A stretch of 63,304 bases of DNA, filler included, from Saprolegnia diclina VS20 (Eukaryota): the NCBI RefSeq assembly GCF_000281045.1. It is 7 parts of 3 records of this genome, joined end to end, with 100 filler letters (N's around TTAATTAATTAA, not from the genome) between each part and the next. Parts side by side here need not be neighbours in the genome. Positions count along the whole stretch, not along the records: positions 59,174 to 60,308 come from NW_008246110.1; positions 60,409 to 61,472 come from NW_008246110.1; positions 61,573 to 63,304 come from NW_008246111.1; 4 more parts are not named here. One strand, 5' to 3'. A program made the position numbers and the translations under genes. Positions 59,174-63,304 of this stretch are shown here, piece after piece. The notes under the pieces were generated by a model, which was not told the DNA's origin, ran no database searches, and was given only the letters and a program-made list of their open reading frames with translations. Position 1 is the stretch's first letter. Every line of letters starts with the position of its first letter.

Positions 59174-60308
59174 TTCTCAATGAAGACAATATTGCTCGCT
59201 TTCAGTTTGCACCTCGTCCGCTAGCGCACATTGGGATTCTCGCAGGCGAAGCCACGTGGGTAACGTACGTCCTCAACGACATTTTGCTGGTTTTTGCAAG
59301 CCAATACTCGCGGTGGGCAGCACCGCTTAGCGCTTGGCTGGTGTGGCTCAGCCTTGTCATCCTCGAAGTCTTCTACCCGATTCGAGCCACCGCTGCGATC
59401 GATCGTGATTGCACGCGCGTCAATGTGGATGCTGGCATCATATGTCACAGTGGCGTCGTGAACCTCGGGTCCTTTGATCGCGTGCGGCTCATTCTCGTCC
59501 TCAATGCGGCGCTAGTACTCGCCTCGTATCTGGTAACCGGGATGTACCAGATCCGCAATCGACCACGCGCCATGGTGCAGCGCACAACGACACCATACTT
59601 GGTCTCGGCTGGCGCCGATGTCTTCTTGGCGCCAAAAGGAGACGCTTGGTCCATGGACGGGTCGACAGCAGCGATGTGCGGCTTTCTTCGCACGCAACAT
59701 CGGTCCCGCCGCTTTGTGTTCGATACGAAGCTCTGGAGCATCTTTTACACGGACGAGATCGGTCCTGTCCTGGACATAACCAATGAACGCTGTGCTCCAG
59801 CATTGGTCCCCTTGCTCTCGGTCAAAGCCCGCTTTTTGCGTCGGTTTAAACTCGCGCTCGGCCTGCTCTATCTCGCTGGGACGGTAGTTGGTAGCACCTC
59901 ATACCTCCAACTCTCGACCGTGAATTTGGCCAACGACCGTTGGTGGGCCACGTACAACAGCACGGGGACGCAAACCTTTCTCTCCAACTGGTTCAACCGA
60001 CAGCTTGCTCTGCATATGACGACGCGATCGACGCGCCTTGACCTTTTGGAGTTTGCTGATCTGACCGACTATGCAATGTTCAATACGTTGGTTTCCTACA
60101 TGCCTACTTCGGCAAGACTCGGCCAGTACGAGTCAGCAAGTGACCTTGTCATGATGATCCAAGGTCTTCGCTCCATGGACGCCTGCAACGCGCCGTGGAT
60201 CGCTACCAGCTACTGCTGGCTCGACTTTGATCGGCAAATCGAGATGGCCAACACACTTGGTCGTCAAGCGCGATGTGACGCCAAGTACCATAGTAATGGC
60301 GCTGTCTA
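59174..60308 (+). CDS. Internal fragment of a large multi-pass membrane protein of an expanded oomycete family, copy 1
   Basis: Open frame between joins; GEATW..Y..ND, FDTKLW, NDRWW..YN.TG.QTFL and PWIATSYCWLDFDR..EMANT..RQ.RC. Confidence 0.75.
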
Positions 60309-60408
60309 NNNNNNNNNNNNNNNNNNNNNNNNNNNNNNNNNNNNNNNNNNNNTTAATTAATTAANNNNNNNNNNNNNNNNNNNNNNNNNNNNNNNNNNNN
60401 NNNNNNNN

Positions 60409-61472
60409 TTCTCAATGAAGACAATATTGCTCGCTTTCAGTTTGCACCTCGTCCGCTAGCGCACATTGGGATTCTCGCAGGCGAAGCCACGTGGGTAACG
60501 TACATCATCAACGACATTTTGCTCGTCGTTGCTCGCCGACACTCGCGGTTGGCAGCGCCGCTTAGCGCCTGGATGGTCTGGGTAAGTCTTGTCATCCTCG
60601 AAGTCTTCTACCCGATTCGAGCCACCGCTTCGATTCATCGGGACTGCGCGCGTGTTCGTATGGATGCTGGTGCCATATGTCACAGTGGCGTCGTCAGCCT
60701 CGGATCTCGTGGTCGCGCATGGCTTATTTTGGGCATCAATACAGTTTTGGTACTGGCCTCGTACATCATGGCATGGGTGATTCAGCTTCGGAATCGCCAG
60801 CGCTCTGGTGTACAAGCCACCAAGACACCGTACTTGGTCTCGGCCGGCGCTGACGTTTTCGTGGTGCCAAAAGGGGATATTTGGTCCATGGACGGGTCGA
60901 CGGCGGTCCTGTGTGGTTTCCTTCGCACTCGCTTTGGCTGCCGGCAGTACATCTTTGACACTAAGCTCTGAAGCGTCTTTTATGTTGACGACGTCGGTCC
61001 TGTCTTTGACATTGGGGGCCACCGCCGCGCACCAGCACTTGCCATATCACTCGCGGTCCAAGTGCGCTTTCTCGATCGGCTGAAAATCTTGTTTGGTCTT
61101 CTCTACCTCGTTGCGAGTGTCATCGGCAGTGTCTCGTACCTCGAGCTCTCGACTGTGAATTTGGCCAACGATCTTTGGTGGCCCACGTACAACACCACGG
61201 GGGCGCAGACATTTCTTTCCAACTGGTTCCATGGACAGCTTGGCCTAAAAGTAATGCAGCGAGCGACGCGCCTGGACCGTCTGGCGTTTGCCGATTTGAC
61301 CGACTACTCCACCTTGAATCCGCTGGTTTCTTATATGCCGATGTATGGGAGGCGCGTTCACTACGAGTCGGGTAGTGACCTTGTCATGATGATTCAAGGT
61401 CTTCGCACCATGGACGCCTGCAACGCTCCGTGGATCGCTACCAGTTATTGCTGGCTCGACTTTGATCGGCAA
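60409..61472 (+). pseudogene. Paralogous fragment, copy 2, with a nonsense TGA at 60969-60971
   Basis: KL*SVFY versus KLWSIFY in copy 1; the frame continues after the stop. Confidence 0.65.
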
Positions 61473-61702
61473 NNNNNNNNNNNNNNNNNNNNNNNNNNNN
61501 NNNNNNNNNNNNNNNNTTAATTAATTAANNNNNNNNNNNNNNNNNNNNNNNNNNNNNNNNNNNNNNNNNNNNCGTCTGTAGCGACGTTTGGTGCGTCGTT
61601 CTCCCGGCCGAAAAGACCATTGGCTGCTTGCGGTGTAGTCTTCTGGGCAGCGAGAAGAGCTCGCACAATCTCCATGTTTCGGTCGTGTCCGAAGGCTACC
61701 CC

Positions 61703-61724
61703 AACCTACCCCTAGGGGTAGGTT
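61703..61724. repeat. Perfect 22-bp palindrome
   Basis: AACCTACCCCTAGGGGTAGGTT is its own reverse complement. Confidence 0.95.
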
Positions 61725-61975
61725 TAGTTTGATGACCAATCATCAGTTCTCAACTTTCTTTATGTCGAATCCCGTGGAATGTACGCAACTGTTCACTCCA
61801 CGTGGATTCGGCGCCCTTGTGGTTGAATGGACTGTGGATTCGACGCTTGGTTGAACGTTGGTGTTTGTTTTCCTTGTTAGGAGAGTTGCTCTGGAGCTGT
61901 CCATAAGTCGTATATTCAAAGAATGCAAGTGCCTCGTTTCATGGTGGAGAATACGTAGACGTGCAGTTTGGGACT

Positions 61976-63304
61976 TTAGGCCTTGGACGTGGTCGCTTGC
62001 TCGATGCGCAGCACAAGGATACGCAGCTTCTCGGGGTCGTCTGGAAGCGCATCGTCGCATTCGTCACAGGAGGTCGCCTTCATCGGTTGGTATGACTCGC
62101 AGCCGCCACAGAAATAGTCGTCCTCAATCTCAAATCCGTTCTTCTTGGCAACAGCCAGACGCTTGAGCAGCATCTTGAGCTTGGACGCAACAGAAGCGAG
62201 TTCTTTCGCGCAGCCTTGGCAGTGCGTCTGCAGAAGCGAGTTGGAGACACGGCAAAGCTGACACACGATTTGCGTGCTCACAGACTTGGCATTTGAGATC
62301 GTCTAGAGGGACGGTGGTCAGCAACATTTCGCGCGGTTGGTCCCACCGGAGACACTGTCGATGCGATCAACGTTGTGGGCGTGACGGCAACGGGCGCGGT
62401 ATCGGCGTCGCTGGCCACATCGCTCGTCGGTGGCTTGATCAAAGGTTGTGGGTTCTCGGCAGATATGGTTGCCTAGAGGCACAGCGTCATTCCACCAAAA
62501 ACCCTTCGCTGAGCTACACGTACGACAGGGCTGCTCACAGCACGAGGCTCGACCAACTTGGTCTCGAGTTCACGCACGGCAGGCGCCGAAAGCTTTTCTT
62601 CTTCGCTGCGATAGAGTAGCTTTTGGAGCGACTGGACAATCATGAGCGCCGACGGACGTTGCGTCGGGTCAAACGACAGACAGGCGTTGGCGAGGTCTCG
62701 CAGCCACGGCGGACAAGTTGCGCTTACTGACGGACGGAGGTTGCCAAGTCGCACGCCGTCGATGATACCCCAGTACCCGAGGCCCTTGGCGTCGTGATAT
62801 GGAAGTTGGAGCGTGTCCAGCTCGGTCAAAATGACGCCAAATGAGTAGATATCAGCAGCAAAGCTGTAGTTGCTCGTCGACGCAAGCACCTCGGGGGCGG
62901 TCCAGTACGGTGTGCTCTTGCCCGTCGTTGCGTCCGACTCGAGGTCAATGCCGAGGTTTGCGACTTTAATGTAGTTGGTCGAGGAGAGAAGGACGTTGTA
63001 GCTCTCGAGGTCGCGGTGGTAGACGCCGTTGTGGTGCAGATCGGCGAGCGCATTCGCAATGACCCACGCGACGTGCAGCGATGAAACGTTCACCTTGGTG
63101 GGCTCACCGAGTCGCTTGGCGTCGAGGTAGCTGCGCAAATCCCCACCGTCCATGTACTCGAGCACAAGCTTGGGACTGGTCGAGTCGACATCTGAGACGG
63201 CGAGCAGTTGCTGCAGATACGGCGAGTTGCACCTACAATCATCGACATTTAGATCATTCCACAAGATCAAAGAGATCTACTGCTGGATGGTCTCCATTTC
63301 GTGG
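61976..63304 (-). CDS. TKL-type kinase (probable pseudokinase) with C-terminal double zinc ribbons; multi-exon, 5' end outside the window
   Basis: LVLEYMDGGDL, HRDLESYNVLL, KVANLG, WTAPE and DIYSFGV; spliced to CQLC..CQGC and CGGC..CDEC; intron 63233-63290 plus two downstream. Confidence 0.85.

Overview
Eukaryotic, GC-rich and gene-dense DNA with short (about 40-65 nt) GT-AG introns. The gene families present (papain plus ricin-B proteases, DOMON ferric reductases, large multi-pass membrane repeats, TKL kinase, TSP1 protein) and INR+FPR core promoters point to an oomycete, probably Saprolegniales (inference). It is a draft scaffold with six artificial 100-bp joins (44N+TTAATTAATTAA+44N) and three plain N-gaps, so adjacency across joins is uncertain. 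Conserved genes: RPN8, RSM22/METTL17, a QCR2-like M16 protein and CFAP69. Duplicated pairs: DOMON ferric reductases, BBE-like FAD oxidases, papain-ricin proteases, Uma2-like nucleases and multi-pass membrane fragments. The most unusual items are a NACHT-like NTPase fused to an ODA-docking-complex-like coiled coil, a membrane-anchored DnaJ-like protein without a J-domain, an ORF resembling the Gag of tyrosine-recombinase retroelements, an inverted Uma2-like pair, a pseudokinase with zinc ribbons and tracts that look gene-converted. I saw no rRNA, tRNA, CRISPR array or intact transposon, and no single multi-gene system that I can confidently call new. All family calls come from recognising motifs by eye, not from database searches.
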